A stretch of DNA of 64,000 bases from Eledone cirrhosa (GCA_964016885.1 OZ024744.1:19220001-19284000); one strand, 5' to 3'. Positions 25,125 to 40,430 are shown, numbered from the stretch's first letter. The notes: a model not told the origin generated them from the letters alone. Translations and numbers: made by a program.

Positions 25125-26900
25125 ACTGTGTACGTCACTGTATGTTTCTGTATGTCTGTGTCACTGTGTATATCACTGTGTGTTCCTGTATGTCTGTGTC
25201 ACTGTGTCTCTGTGTATGTTTGTGTATGTCTGTGTCACTGTGTATGTCACTGTATCTTTGTGTATGTATGTGTCACCGTGGATGTCACTGTATCTTTGTG
25301 TATGTCTGTGTCAGTGTCAATGTCACTGGGTGTTTCTGTATGTCTGTGTCACTGTGTATGTCACTGTGTGTTTGTGTATGCATGTGTCACTGTGTATGTC
25401 ACTGGGTGTTTCTGTGTGTCTGTGTCACTCTGTATGTCACTGTATCTTTGTGTATGTCTGTGTCACCGTGTATGTCACTGTATCTGTGTGTATGTATGTG
25501 TCACTGTGTATGTTACTTTGTGTTTCTGTATGTCTGTGTCACGGTGTATGTCACTGTATGTTTGTGTATGTCTGTGTCACTGTGTATGTCATTGTGAGTT
25601 TCTGTATGTCTGTGTCACTGTGTATGTCACTGTGTGTTTCTGTATGTTTGTGTCACTGTGTATGTCACTGTATCTTTGTGTATGTCTGTGTCACTGTGTA
25701 TGTCACTGTGTGTTTCTGTATGTCTATGTCTCTGTGTATGTCACTGTATCTTTGTGTATGTCTGTGGCACTTTGTATGTCATTGTGTGTTTCTGTATGTC
25801 TGTGTCACTGTCTATGTCACTGTATATTTGTGTATGTCTGTGTCACTGTGTATGTCACTGTGTGTTTGTGTATGCCTGTGTCACTGTGTATGTCACTGTG
25901 TGTTTCTGTATGTCTGTGTCACTGTGTATGTCACTGGGTGTTTCTCTATGTCTGTATCACTTTGTATGTCACTGTATCTTTGTGTATTTCTGTGTCACCG
26001 TGTATGTCACTGTATCTTTGTGTATGTATGTGTCACTGTGTATGTCACTGTGTGTTTCTGTATGTCTGTGTCTCTGTGTATGTCACTGTATCTCTGTGTA
26101 TGTGTGTGTCACTGTGTATGTCACTGTGTGTTTGTGTATGCCTGTGTGACTGTGTATTTCACTGTTTGTTTCTGTATGCCTGTGTCACTGTGTATGTCAC
26201 TGGGTGTTTCTGTATGTCTGTGTCACTCTGTATGTCACTGTATCTTTGTGTATGTCTCTGTCACCGTGTATGTCACTGTGTCTTTGTGTATGTGTGTGTC
26301 ACCATGTAAGTAATTTATCTTTGTGTATGTCTGTCACTGTGTATATCAATGTATGTTTATGTATGCCTGTGTCACTGTGTATATCAATGTATGTTTCTGT
26401 ATGTCTATGTCTCTGTATGTCACTGTATCTTTGTGTATGACTGTGTCACTGTGTATGTCACTGTGTGTTTGTGTGTGTCTGTGTCACTGTGTATGTCACT
26501 GTATGTTTCTCTATGTCTGTGTCACTGTGTATGTAACTGTATGTTTCTGCATGTCTGTGCCACTGTGTATGTCACTGTATGTTTCTGTCTGTCGGTGTCA
26601 CTGTGTATGTCAATGTGTGTTTCTGTATGTCTGTGTCACGGTGTATGTCACTGTATGTTTGTGTATGTATGTGTCACTGTGTATGTCACTGTATGTTTAT
26701 GTATGTCTGTGTCACTGTGTATGTTACTGTGTGTTTCTGTATGTCTGTGTCACTGTGTATGTCACTGGGTGTTTCTGTATGTCTGTGTCACTGTGTATCT
26801 CGCTGTGTGTTTCTGTATGTCTGTGTATCTGTGTATGTCACTGTATCTTTGTGTATGTCTGTGTCACTATGTATGTCACTGTGTGTTTCTGTATGTCTGT
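25125..26900. repeat. Segmental duplicate of ~21150-22890 (offset 3975 bp); ends approximate
   Basis: Matching ORF pairs: 21659/25634, 22229/26204, 22348/26323. The TACGT variant is at 21156 and 25131. Confidence 0.8.
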
Positions 26901-28242
26901 GTCACTCTCTATGTCACTGTATCTTTGTGTATGTCTGTGACACTGTGTATGTCACTGTGTTTTTGCGTGTGTCTGTGTCACTGTGTATGTCACTGTGTGT
27001 TTCTGTATGTCTGTGTCACTGTGTATGTCACTGTGTGTTTCTGTATGTCTGTGTCACTGTGTATGTCACTGTATGTTTGTGTGTGTCTGTGTCACTGTGT
27101 ATGTCACTGTGTTTTTGCGTGTGTCTGTGTCACTGTGTATGTCACTGTGTGTTTGTGTATGTCTGTGTCACTGTGTATGTCACTGTGTGTTTCTGTATGT
27201 ATGTGTCACTGTGTATGTAACTGTATATTTGTGTATGTTTGTGTCACTGTGTATGTCACTGTCTGTTTATGTATGTCTGTGTAACTGTTTGTGTCACTGT
27301 GTGTTTCTGTATGCCTGTGTCTCTGTTTATGTCAATGTGTCTTTGTATATGTCTGTGTCACGGCGTATGTCACTGTATGTTTGTGTATGTCTGTGTCACT
27401 GTGTATGTCACTGTGTGTTTCTGTATGTCTGTGTCACTGTGTATATCACTGGATGTTTGGGTATGCCTGTGTCACTGTGTATGTCAATGTATGTCTCTGT
27501 ATGTCTGTGTCTCTGTGTATGTCAATGTAACTTTGTGTGTGTCTGTGCCACTCTGTATGTCACTGTATCTTTGTGTGTGTCTGTATCACTGTGTATGTCA
27601 CTGTATCTTTGTGTGTGTCTGTGTCACTATGTTTGTGTATGTCTGTGTCACTGTGTATGTCACTGTATGTTTCTGTATGTCTGTGTCACTGTGTATGTCA
27701 ATGTGTGTTTCTGTATATCTGTGTCACGGCGTATGTCACTGTATGTTTGTGTATGTCTGTGTCACTGTGTATGTCACTGTGTGTTTCTGTATGTCTGTGT
27801 CATTGTGTATGTCACTGTATGTTTCTGTATGTCTGTGTCACTGTGTATATCACTGTGTATATCACTGTGTGTTCCTGTATGTCTGTGTCACTGTGTCTCT
27901 GTGTATGTTTCTGTATGTCTGTGTCACTGTGTATGTCACTGTATCTTTGTGTATGTATGTGTCACCGTGGATGTCACTGTATCTTTGTGTATGTCTGTGT
28001 CACTGTCAATGTCACTGTATCTTTGTGTATGTATGTGTCACTGTGTATGTCACTGTGTGTTTGTGTATGCATGTGTCAATGTGTATGTCACTGGGTGTTT
28101 CTGTGTGTCTGTGTCACTCTGTATGTCACTGTATCTTTGTGTATGTCTGTGTCACCGTGTATGTCACTGTATCTTTGTGTATGTATGTGTCACTGTGTAT
28201 GTCACTTTGTGTTTCTGTATGTCTGTGTCACGGTGTATGTCA
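26880..28242. repeat. Segmental duplicate of ~23471-24833 (offset 3409 bp); ends approximate
   Basis: Matching ORF pairs: 23574/26983, 23830/27239, 23882/27291, 24128/27537. The GGATGTTTGGG and CAATGTAACTTT variants are shared. Confidence 0.8.
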
Positions 28243-29184
28243 CTGTATCTTTGTGTATGTCTGTGTCACCGTGTATGTCACTGTATATTTGTGTATGTCT
28301 ATGGCACTATGTATGTCATTGTGTGTTTCTGTATGTATGTGTCACTGTGTATGTCACTGTATGGTTGTGTATGTCTGTGTCACTGTGTATGTAACTGTAT
28401 GTTTCTGTATGCCTGTGTCTCTGTGTATGTCAATGTGTATTTGTGTATGCCTGTGTCACGGCGTATGTCACTGTGTGTTTCTGTACGTCTGTGTCACTGT
28501 GTATGTCACTGTATGTTTGTGTATGCCTGTGTCACTGTGTATGTCAATGTATGTCTCTGTATGTCTGTGTCTCTGTATATGTCAATGTGTCTTTGTGTGT
28601 GTCTGTGTCACTGTGTATGTCACTGTATCTTTGTGTGTGTCTGTGTCACAGTGTATGTCACTGTATCTTTGTGTGTGTCTGTGTCACTCTGTATGTCACC
28701 CTATGTTTGTGTATGTCTGTATCACTGTGTATGTCACTGTATGTTTCTGTATGTCTGTGTCACTGTGTATGTCAATGTGTGTTTCTGTATCTCTGTGTCA
28801 CGGTGTATGTCACTGTATGTTTGTGTATGTCTGTGTCACTGTGTATGTCACAGTGTGTTTCTGTATGTCTGTGTCACTGTGTATGTCACTGTATGTCTCT
28901 GTATGTCTGAGTCACTGTATATGTCACCGTATCGTTGTGTATGTCTGTGTCACTGTGTATGTCACTGTGTGTTTCTCAATGTCTGTGTCACTGTGTATGT
29001 CACTGTGTGTTTCTGTATGTCTGTGTCTCTGTGTATGTCACTGTATCTTTGTGTATATCTGTGTCACTGTGTATGTCACTGTGTGTTTCTGTATGTCAGT
29101 GTCACTGTTTATGTCACTGTGTGTTTATGTATATCTGTGTCTCTCTGTATGTCACTGTATCTATGTGTATGTCTGTGTCACTGT

Positions 29185-32100
29185 GTATGTCACTGTGTTT
29201 TTGCGTGTGTCTGTGTCACTGTGTATGCCACTGTGTGTTTGTGTATGTATGTGTCACTGTGTATGTCACTGTGTGTTTCTGTATGTCTGCGTCGCTGTGT
29301 ATGTCACTGTGTGTTTCTGTATGTCTGTGTCACTGTGTATGTCACTGTATGTTTTTGTATGTCTGTGTCACTGTGAATGCCACTGTATTTTTGTGTATGT
29401 CTGTGTCACTGTGTGTGTCACTGTGTATGTCACTGTATGCTTCTGTATGTCTGTGTCACTGTGTATGTCACTGTGTGTTTCTGTATGTCTGTGTCACTGT
29501 GTATGTCACTGTATGTTTTTGTATGTCTGTGTCACTGTGTATGTCACTGTATGTTTTTGTATGTCTGTGTCACTGTGTATGTCACTGTGTGTTTATGTAT
29601 GTCTGTGTCACTGTGTATGTCACTGTATCTTTGTGTATGGCTGTGTCACTGTGTATGTCACTGTGTGTTTGGGTATGTCTGTGTCACTGTGTATTTGTGT
29701 ATGGCTGTGCCACTGTGTATGTCACTGTATGTTGTGTATGTTTGTGTCACTGTGTATGTCACTGTATTTTTGTGTATGTCTGTGTCACCGTGTATGTCAC
29801 TGTATATTTGTGTATGTCTGTGTCACTGTGTATGTCACTGTATCTTTGTGTATGTCTGTGTCACGGTGTATGTCACTGTATATGTGTGTATGTCTATGGC
29901 ACTATGTATGTCATTGTGTGTTTCTGTATGTCTGTGTCACTGTCTATGTCACTGTATCTTTGTGTATGTATGTGTCACTGCGTATGTCACTGGGTGTTTC
30001 TGTATGTCTGTGTCACTGTATATCACTGTATCTTTGTGTATGTCTGTGTCACCGTGTATGCCATTGTATCTTTGTGTATGTCTATGTCACTGTGTATGTC
30101 ACTGTATCTTTGTGTATGTCTGTGTCACTGTGTATGTCACTGTGTGTTTCTGTATGTCTGTGTCAAGGTGTATGTCACTGTATGTTTGTGTATGTCTGTG
30201 TCACTGTGTATGTCACTGTGAGATTATGTATGTCTGAGGCACTGTGTATGTCACAGTGTGTTTCTGTATGTCTGTGTCACTGTGTATGTCACTGTATGTC
30301 TCTGTATGTCTGTGTCACTGTCTATGTCACTGTATCGTTGTGAATGTCTGTGTCACTGTGTATGTCACTGTGTGTTTCTCAATGTATGTGTCACTGTGTA
30401 TGTCACTGTGTGTTTCTGTATATCTGTGTCTCTGTGTATGTCACTGTATTTGTGTGTATGTCTGTGTCACTGTGTATGTCACTGTATATGTGTGTATGTC
30501 TGTGTCACTGTGTATGTCTGTGTCACTGTGTATGTCACTGTGTGTTTCTGTATGTATGTGTCACTGTGTATGTAACTGTATATTTGTGTATGTTTGTGTC
30601 ACTGTGTATGTCACTGTCTGTTTATGTATGTCTGTGTCACTGTTTGTGTCACTGTGTGTTTCTGTATGCCTGTGTCTCTGTGTATGTCAATGTGTCTTTG
30701 TATATGTCTGTGTCACGGCGTATGTCACTGTATGTTTGTGTATGTCTGTGTCACTGTGTATGTCACTGTGTGTTTCTGTATGTCTGTATCACTGTGTATA
30801 TCACTGTATGTTTGTGTATGCCTGTGTCACTGTGTATGTCAATGTATGTCTCTGTATGTCTGTGTCACTGTGTATGTCACTGTATCTTTGTGTGTGTCTG
30901 TGTCACTGTGTATGTCACTGTATCTTTGTGTGTGTCTGTGTCACTGTGTATGTCACCCTATGTTTGTGTATGTCTGTGTCACTGTGTATGTCACTGTATG
31001 TTTCTGTATGTCTGTGTCACTGTGTATGTCAATGTGTGTTTCTGTATCTCTGTGTCACGGCGTATGTCACTGTATGTTTGTGTATGTCTGTGTCAATGTG
31101 TATGTCACTGTATGTTTGTGTATGTCTGTGTCACTGTCTATGTCACTGTGTGTTTCTCTATGTCTGTGTCATTGTGTATGTCACTGTATGTTTCTGTATG
31201 TCTGTGTCACTGTGTATATCACTGTGTATATCACTGTGTGTTCCTGTATGTCTGTGTCACTGTGTCTCTGTGTATGTTTGTGTATGTATGTGTCACCGTG
31301 GATGTTACTGTATCTTTGTGTATGTCTGTGTCACTGTGTATGTCACTGTGTGTTTGTGTATGCATGTGTCACTGTGTATGTCACTGGGTGTTTCTGTGTG
31401 TATGTGTCACTCTGTATGTCACTGTATCTTTGTGTATGTCTGTGTCACCGTGTATGTCACTGTATGTTTGTGTATGTCTGTGTCACTGTGTATGTCATTG
31501 TGAGTTTCTGTATGTCTGTGTCACTGTGTATGTCACTGTGTGTTTCTGTATGTCTGTGTCACTGTGTATGTCACTGTATCTTTGTGTATGTCTGTGTCAC
31601 TGTGTATGTCACTGTGTGTTTCTGTATGTCTGTGTCACTGTGTATGTCACTGTGTGTTTCTGTATGTCTGTGTCACGGTGTATGTCACTGTATGTTTGTG
31701 TATGCCTGTGTCACTCTTATATCAATGAATGTTTCTGTATGTCTATGTCTCTGTGTATGTCACTGTATCTTTGTGTATGTCTGTGGCACTCTGTATGTCA
31801 TTGTGTGTTTCTGTATGTCTGTGTCACTGTCTATGTCACTGTATCTTTGTGTATGTCTGTGTCACTGTGTATGTCACTGTGTGTTTGTGTATGCCTGTGT
31901 CACTGTGTATGTCACTGTATGTTTATGTATGCCTGTGTCACTGTGTATATCAATGTATGTTTCTGTATGTCTATGTCTCTGTATGTCACTGTATCTTTGT
32001 GTATGACTGTGTCACTGTGTATGTCACTGTGTGTTTGTGTGTGTCTGTGTCACTGTGTATGTCACTGTATGTTTCTCTATGTCTGTGTCACTGTGTATGT

Positions 32101-35100
32101 CACTGTATGTTTCTGTATGTCGGTGTCACTGTGTATGTCACTGTATGTTTATGTATGTCTGTGTCACGGTGTATGTCACTGTATGTTTGTGTATGTATGT
32201 ATGTGTCACTGTGTATGTCACTGTATGTTTCTGTATGTCTGTGTCACTGTGTATGTTACTGTATCTTTGTGTATGTCTGTGTCACTGTGTATGTCACTGG
32301 GTGTTTCTGTATGTCTGTGTCACTGTGTATCTCGCTGTGTGTTTCTGTATGTCTGTGTATCTGTGTATGTCACTGTATCTTTGTGTATGTCTGTGTCACT
32401 ATGTATGTCACTGTGTGTTTCTGTATGTCTGTGTCACTGTGTATGTCACTGTATGTTTCTGTATGTCTGTGTCACTGTGTATGTCACTGTATGTTTGTGT
32501 GTGTCTGTGTCACTGTGTATGTCACTGTGTTTTTGCGTGTGTCTGTATCACTGTGTATGTCACTGTGTGTTTGTGTATGTATGTGTCACTGTGTATGTCA
32601 CTGTGTGTTTCTGTATGTCTGTGTCACTGTGTATGTTACTGTGTGTTTCTGTATGTCTGTGTCACTGTGTATGTCACTGGGTGTTTCTGTATGTCTGTGT
32701 CACTGTGTATCTCGCTGTGTGTTTCTGTATGTCTGTGTATCTGTGTATGTCACTGTATCTTTGTGTATATCTGTGTCACTATGTATGGCACTGTGTGTTT
32801 CTGTATGTCTGTGTCACTGTGTATGTCAATATGTTTGTATGTATTTGTGTCACTGTGTATGTCACTGTATGTTTCTGTATGTATGTGTCACTGTGTATGT
32901 CACTGTATGTTTGTGTGTGTCTGTGTCACTGTGTATGTCACTGTGTTTTTGCGTGTGTCTGTGTCACTGTGTATGTTACTGTGTGTTTGTGTATGTATGT
33001 GTCACTGTGTATGTCATTGTGTGTTTCTGTATGTCTGTGTCACTGTGTATGTCACTGTATGTTTGTGTGTGTCTGTGTCACTGTGGATGTCACTGTGTGT
33101 TTCTGTATGTCTGTGTCACTGTGTATGTCATTGTGTGTTTCTGTATGTCTGTGCGACTGTGTATGTCACTGTATGTTTCAGTATGTCGGTGTCACTGTGT
33201 ATGTCACTGTATTTTTGTGTATGTCTGTATCACTGTGTATGTCACAGTATGTTTCTGTATGTCTGTGTCACTGTGTATGTCAATGTGTGTTTCTGTATGT
33301 CTGTGTCACGGTGTATGTCACTGTATGTTTGTGTATGTATGTGTCACTGTGTATGTCACTGTATGTTTCTGTATGTCTGTGTCACTGTGTATGTCACTGG
33401 GTGTTTCTGTATGTCTGTGTCACTGTGTATCTCGCTGTGTGTTTCTGTATGTCTTTGTATCTGTGTATGTCACTGTATGTTTGTGTATGTCTGTGTCACT
33501 GTATCTTTGTGTGTGTCTGTGTCACTGTGTATGTCACTGTATCTTTGTGTGTGTCTGTGTCACTGTGTATGTCACCCTATGTTTGTGTATGTCTGTGTCA
33601 CTGTGTATGTCACTGTATGTTTCTGTATGTCTGTGTCAATGTGTATGCCAATGTGTGTTTCTGTATCTCTGTGTCACGGCGTATGTCACTGTATGTTTGT
33701 GTATGTCTGTGTCACTGTCTATGTCACTGTGTGTTTCTGTATGTCTGTGTCATTGTGTACGTCACTGTATGTTTCTGTATGTCTGTGTCACTGTGTATAT
33801 CACTGTGTGTTCCTGTATGTCTGTGTCACTGTGTCTCTGTGTATGTTTGTGTATGTCTGTGTCACTGTGTATGTCACTGTATCTTTGTGTATGTATGTGT
33901 CACCGTGGATGTCACTGTATCTTTGTGTATGTCTGTGTCAGTGTCAATGTCACTGTATCTTTGTGTATGTCTGTGTCACTGTGTATGTCACTGTGTGTTT
34001 GTGTATGCATGTGTCACTGTGTATGTCACTGGGTGTTTCTGTGTGTCTGTGTCACTCTGTATGTCACTGTATCTTTGAGTATGTCTGTGTCACCGTGTAT
34101 GTCACTGTATCTGTGTGTATGTATGTGTCACTGTGTATGTTACTTTGTGTTTCTGTATGTCTGTGTCACGGTGTATGTCACTGTATGTTTGTGTATGTCT
34201 GTGTCACTGTGTATGTCATTGTGAGTTTCTGTATGTCTGTGTCACTGTGTATGTCACTGTGTGTTTCTGTATGTTTGTGTCACTGTGTATGTCACTGTAT
34301 CTTTGTGTATGTCTGTGTCACTGTGTATGTCACTGTGTGTTTCTGTATGTCTATGTCTCTGTGTATGTCACTGTATCTTTGTGTATGTCTGTGGCACTTT
34401 GTATGTCATTGTGTGTTTCTGTATGTCCGTGTCACTGTCTATGTCACTGTATATTTGTGTATGTCTGTGTCACTGTGTATGTCACTGTGTGTTTGTGTAT
34501 GCCTGTGTCACTGTGTATGTCACTGTGTGTTTCTGTATGTCTGTGTCACTGTGTATGTCACTGGGTGTTTCTCTATGTCTGTGTCACTTTGTATGTCACT
34601 GTATCTTTGTGTATATCTGTGTCACCGTGTATGTCACTGTATCTTTGTGTATGTATGTGTCACTGTGTATGTCACTGTGTGTTTCTGTATGTCTGTGTCT
34701 CTGTGTATGTCACTGTATCTATGTGTATGTCTGTGTCACTGTGTATGTCACTGTGTGTTTGTGTATGCCTGTGTGACTGTGTATTTCACTGTTTGTTTCT
34801 TTATGCCTGTGTCACTGTGTATGTCACTGGGTGTTTCTGTATGTCTGTGTCACTCTGTATGTCACTGTATCTTTGTGTATGTCTCTGTCACCGTGTATGT
34901 CACTGTGTCTTTGTGTATGTGTGTGTCACCATGTAAGTAATTTATCTTTGTGTATATCTGTCACTGTGTATATCAATGTATGTTTATGTATGCCTGTGTC
35001 ACTGTGTATATCAATGTATGTTTCTGTATGTCTATGTCTCTGTATTTCACTGTATCTTTGTGTATGACTGTGTCACTGTGTATGTCACTGTGTGTTTGTG

Positions 35101-35806
35101 TGTGTCTGTGTCACTGTGTATGTCACTGTATGTTTCTCTATGTCTGTGTCACTGTGTATGTAACTGTATGTTTCTGCATGTCTGTGCCACTGTGTATGTC
35201 ACTGTATGTTTCTGTATGTCGGTGTCACTGTGTATGTCAATGTGTGTTTGTGTATGTATGTGTCACTGTGTATGTCACTGTATGTTTATGTATGTCTGTG
35301 TCACTGTGTATGTTACTGTATGTTTCTGTATGTCTGTGTCACTGTGTATGTCACTGGGTGTTTCTGTATGTCTGTGTCACTGTGTATCTCGCTGTGTGTT
35401 TCTGTATGTCTGTGTATCTGTGTATGTCACTGTATATTTGTGTATGTCTGTGTCACTATGTATGTCACTGTGTGTTTCTGTATGTCTGTGTCACTGTGTA
35501 TGTCACTGTATGTTTCTGTATGTCTGTGTCACTGTGTATGTCAATGTGTTTGTATGTGTTTGTGTCACTGTGTATGTCACTGTATGTTTCTGTATGTCTG
35601 TGTCACTGTGTATGTCACTGTATGTTTGTGTGTGTCTGTGTCACTGTGTATGTCACTGTGTTTTTGCGTGTGTCTGTGTCACTGTGTATGTCACTGTGTG
35701 TTTGTGTATGTATGTGTCACTGTGTATGTCACTGTGTGTTTCTGTATGTCTGTGTCACTGTGTATGTCACTGTGTGTTTCTGTATGTCTGTGCCACTGTG
35801 TATGTC
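29185..35806. repeat. Segmental duplicate of ~16660-23205 (offset 12524 to 12602 bp); ends approximate
   Basis: Matching ORF pairs: 16853/29377 (12524); 17646/30244 and 18942/31540 (12598); 21659/34261 and 22229/34831 (12602, after an extra GTAT near 32195). Confidence 0.82.
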
Positions 35807-36036
35807 ATTGTGAGTTTCTGTATGTCTGTGTCACTGTGTATGTCACTGTGTGTTTCTGTATGTTTGTGTCACTGTGTATGTCACTGTATCTTTGTGTATG
35901 TCTGTGTCACTGTGTATGTCACTGTGTGTTTCTGTATGTCTATGTCTCTGTGTATGTCACTGTATCTTTGTGTATGTCTGTGGCACTGTGTATGTCACCC
36001 TATGTTTGTGTATGTCTGTGTCACTGTGTATGTCAC

Positions 36037-39000
36037 TGTATGTCTCTGTATGTCTGTGTCACTGTGTATGTCACTGTATCTTTGTGTGTGTCTGTGTCAC
36101 TGTGTATGTCACTGTATCTTTGTGTGTGTCTGTGTCACTGTGTATGTCACCCTATGTTTGTGTATGTCTGTGTCACTGTGTATGTCACTGTATGTTTCTG
36201 TATGTCTGTGTCACTGTGTATGTCAATGTGTGTTTCTGTATCTCTGTGTCACGGCGTATGTCACTGTATGTTTGTGTATGTCTGTGTCAATGTGTATGTC
36301 ACTGTATGTTTGTGTATGTCTGTGTCACTGTCTATGTCACTGTGTGTTTCTCTATGTCTGTGTCATTGTGTATGTCACTGTATGTTTCTGTATGTCTGTG
36401 TCACTGTGTATATCACTGTGTATATCACTGTGTGTTCCTGTATGTCTGTGTCACTGTGTCTCTGTGTATGTTTGTGTATGTATGTGTCACCGTGGATGTT
36501 ACTGTATCTTTGTGTATGTATGTGTCACTGTGTATGTCACTGTGTGTTTGTGTATGCATGTGTCACTGTGTATGTCACTGGGTGTTTCTGTGTGTATGTG
36601 TCACTCTGTATGTCACTGTATCTTTGTGTATGTCTGTGTCACCGTGTATGTCACTGTATGTTTGTGTATGTCTGTGTCACTGTGTATGTCATTGTGAGTT
36701 TCTGTATGTCTGTGTCACTGTGTATGTCACTGTGTGTTTCTGTATGTCTGTGTCACTGTGTATGTCACTGTATCTTTGTGTATGTCTGTGTCACTGTGTA
36801 TGTCACTGTGTGTTTCTGTATGTCTGTGTCACTGTGTATGTCACTGTGTGTTTCTGTATGTCTGTGTCACGGTGTATGTCACTGTATGTTTGTGTATGCC
36901 TGTGTCACTCTTATATCAATGAATGTTTCTGTATGTCTATGTCTCTGTGTATGTCACTGTATCTTTGTGTATGTCTGTGGCACTCTGTATGTCATTGTGT
37001 GTTTCTGTATGTCTGTGTCACTGTCTATGTCACTGTATCTTTGTGTATGTCTGTGTCACTGTGTATGTCACTGTGTGTTTGTGTATGCCTGTGTCACTGT
37101 GTATGTCACTGTATGTTTATGTATGCCTGTGTCACTGTGTATATCAATGTATGTTTCTGTATGTCTATGTCTCTGTATGTCACTGTATCTTTGTGTATGA
37201 CTGTGTCACTGTGTATGTCACTGTGTGTTTGTGTGTGTCTGTGTCACTGTGTATGTCACTGTATGTTTCTCTATGTCTGTGTCACTGTGTATGTCACTGT
37301 ATGTTTCTGTATGTCGGTGTCACTGTGTATGTCACTGTATGTTTATGTATGTCTGTGTCACGGTGTATGTCACTGTATGTTTGTGTATGTATGTGTCACT
37401 GTGTATGTCACTGTATGTTTCTGTATGTCTGTGTCACTGTGTATGTTACTGTATCTTTGTGTATGTCTGTGTCACTGTGTATGTCACTGGGTGTTTCTGT
37501 ATGTCTGTGTCACTGTGTATCTCGCTGTGTGTTTCTGTATGTCTGTGTATCTGTGTATGTCACTGTATCTTTGTGTATGTCTGTGTCACTATGTATGTCA
37601 CTGTGTGTTTCTGTATGTCTGTGTCACTGTGTATGTCACTGTATGTTTCTGTATGTCTGTGTCACTGTGTATGTCACTGTATGTTTGTGTGTGTCTGTGT
37701 CACTGTGTATGTCACTGTGTTTTTGCGTGTGTCTGTATCACTGTGTATGTCACTGTGTGTTTGTGTATGTATGTGTCACTGTGTATGTCACTGTGTGTTT
37801 CTGTATGTCTGTGTCACTGTGTATGTTACTGTGTGTTTCTGTATGTCTGTGTCACTGTGTATGTCACTGGGTGTTTCTGTATGTCTGTGTCACTGTGTAT
37901 CTCGCTGTGTGTTTCTGTATGTCTGTGTATCTGTGTATGTCACTGTATCTTTGTGTATGTCTGTGTCACTATGTATGGCACTGTGTGTTTCTGTATGTCT
38001 GTGTCACTGTGTATGTCAATATGTTTGTATGTATTTGTGTCACTGTGTATGTCACTGTATGTTTCTGTATGTATGTGTCACTGTGTATGTCACTGTATGT
38101 TTGTGTGTGTCTGTGTCACTGTGTATGTCACTGTGTTTTGCGTGTGTCTGTGTCACTGTGTATGTTACTGTGTGTTTGTGTATGTATGTGTCACTGTGTA
38201 TGTCATTGTGTGTTTCTGTATGTCTGTGTCACTGTGTATGTCACTGTATGTTTGTGTGTGTCTGTGTCACTGTGGATGTCACTGTGTGTTTCTGTATGTC
38301 TGTGTCACTGTGTATGTCATTGTGTTTCTGTATGTCTGTGCGACTGTGTATGTCACTGTATGTTTCAGTATGTCGGTGTCACTGTGTATGTCACTGTATT
38401 TTTGTGTATGTCTGTATCACTGTGTATGTCACAGTATGTTTCTGTATGTCTGTGTCACTGTGTATGTCAATGTGTGTTTCTGTATGTCTGTGTCACGGTG
38501 TATGTCACTGTATGTTTGTGTATGTATGTGTCACTGTGTATGTCACTGTATGTTTCTGTATGTCTGTGTCACTGTGTATGTCACTGGGTGTTTCTGTATG
38601 TCTGTGTCACTGTGTATCTCGCTGTGTGTTTCTGTATGTCTTTGTATCTGTGTATGTCACTGTATGTTTGTGTATGTCTGTGTCACTGTATCTTTGTGTG
38701 TGTCTGTGTCACTGTGTATGTCACTGTATCTTTGTGTGTGTCTGTGTCACTGTGTATGTCACCCTATGTTTGTGTATGTCTGTGTCACTGTGTATGTCAC
38801 TGTATGTTTCTGTATGTCTGTGTCAATGTGTATGCCAATGTGTGTTTCTGTATCTCTGTGTCACGGCGTATGTCACTGTATGTTTGTGTATGTCTGTGTC
38901 ACTGTCTATGTCACTGTGTGTTTCTGTATGTCTGTGTCATTGTGTACGTCACTGTATGTTTCTGTATGTCTGTGTCACTGTGTATATCACTGTGTGTTCC

Positions 39001-40430
39001 TGTATGTCTGTGTCACTGTGTCTCTGTGTATGTTTGTGTATGTCTGTGTCACTGTGTATGTCACTGTATCTTTGTGTATGTATGTGTCACCGTGGATGTC
39101 ACTGTATATTTGTGTATGTCTGTGTCAGTGTCAATGTCACTGTATCTTTGTGTATGTCTGTGTCACTGTGTATGTCACTGTGTGTTTGTGTATGCATGTG
39201 TCACTGTGTATGTCACTGGGTGTTTCTGTGTGTCTGTGTCACTCTGTATGTCACTGTATCTTTGTGTATGTCTGTGTCACCGTGTATGTCACTGTATCTG
39301 TGTGTATGTATGTGTCACTGTGTATGTTACTTTGTGTTTCTGTATGTCTGTGTCACGGTGTATGTCACTGTATGTTTGTGTATGTCTGTGTCACTGTGTA
39401 TGTCATTGTGAGTTTCTGTATGTCTGTGTCACTGTGTATGTCACTGTGTGTTTCTGTATGTTTGTGTCACTGTGTATGTCACTGTATCTTTGTGTATGTC
39501 TGTGTCACTGTGTATGTCACTGTGTGTTTCTGTATGTCTATGTCTCTGTGTATGTCACTGTATCTTTGTGTATGTCTGTGGCACTTTGTATGTCATTGTG
39601 TGTTTCTGTATGTCTGTGTCACTGTCTATGTCACTGTATATTTGTGTATGTCTGTGTCACTGTGTATGTCACTGTGTGTTTGTGTATGCCTGTGTCACTG
39701 TGTATGTCACTGTGTGTTTCTGTATGTCTGTGTCACTGTGTATGTCACTGGGTGTTTCTCTATGTCTGTATCACTTTGTATGTCACTGTATCTTTGTGTA
39801 TATCTGTGTCACCGTGTATGTCACTGTATCTTTGTGTATGTATGTGTCACTGTGTATGTCACTGTGTGTTTCTGTATGTCTGTGTCTCTGTGTATGTCAC
39901 TGTATCTCTGTGTATGTGTGTGTCACTGTGTATGTCACTGTGTGTTTGTGTATGCCTGTGTGACTGTGTATTTCACTGTTTGTTTCTGTATGCCTGTGTC
40001 ACTGTGTATGTCACTGGGTGTTTCTGTATGTCTGTGTCACTCTGTATGTCACTGTATCTTTGTGTATGTCTCTGTCACCGTGTATGTCACTGTGTCTTTG
40101 TGTATGTGTGTGTCACCATGTAAGTAATTTATCTTTGTGTATGTCTGTCACTGTGTATATCAATGTATGTTTATGTATGCCTGTGTCACTGTGTATATCA
40201 ATGTATGTTTCTGTATGTCTATGTCTCTGTATGTCACTGTATCTTTGTGTATGACTGTGTCACTGTGTATGTCACTGTGTGTTTGTGTGTGTCTGTGTCA
40301 CTGTGTATGTCACTGTATGTTTCTCTATGTCTGTGTCACTGTGTATGTAACTGTATGTTTCTGCATGTCTGTGCCACTGTGTATGTCACTGTATGTTTCT
40401 GTATGTCGGTGTCACTGTGTATGTCAATGT
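36037..40430. repeat. Segmental duplicate of ~30843-35245 (offset 5194 drifting to 5187 bp); ends approximate
   Basis: Matching ORF pairs: 31540/36734 and 31729/36923 (5194); 34261/39448 and 34831/40018 (5187). Confidence 0.78.

Noticed and set aside
17646-31503. Offset 12598 is exactly 2 x 6299, suggesting a hidden 6299-bp period
   Set aside because: No landmark recurs at the half-way position, and the offset drifts within the block (12524, 12600, 12598, 12602), so this is most likely coincidence.
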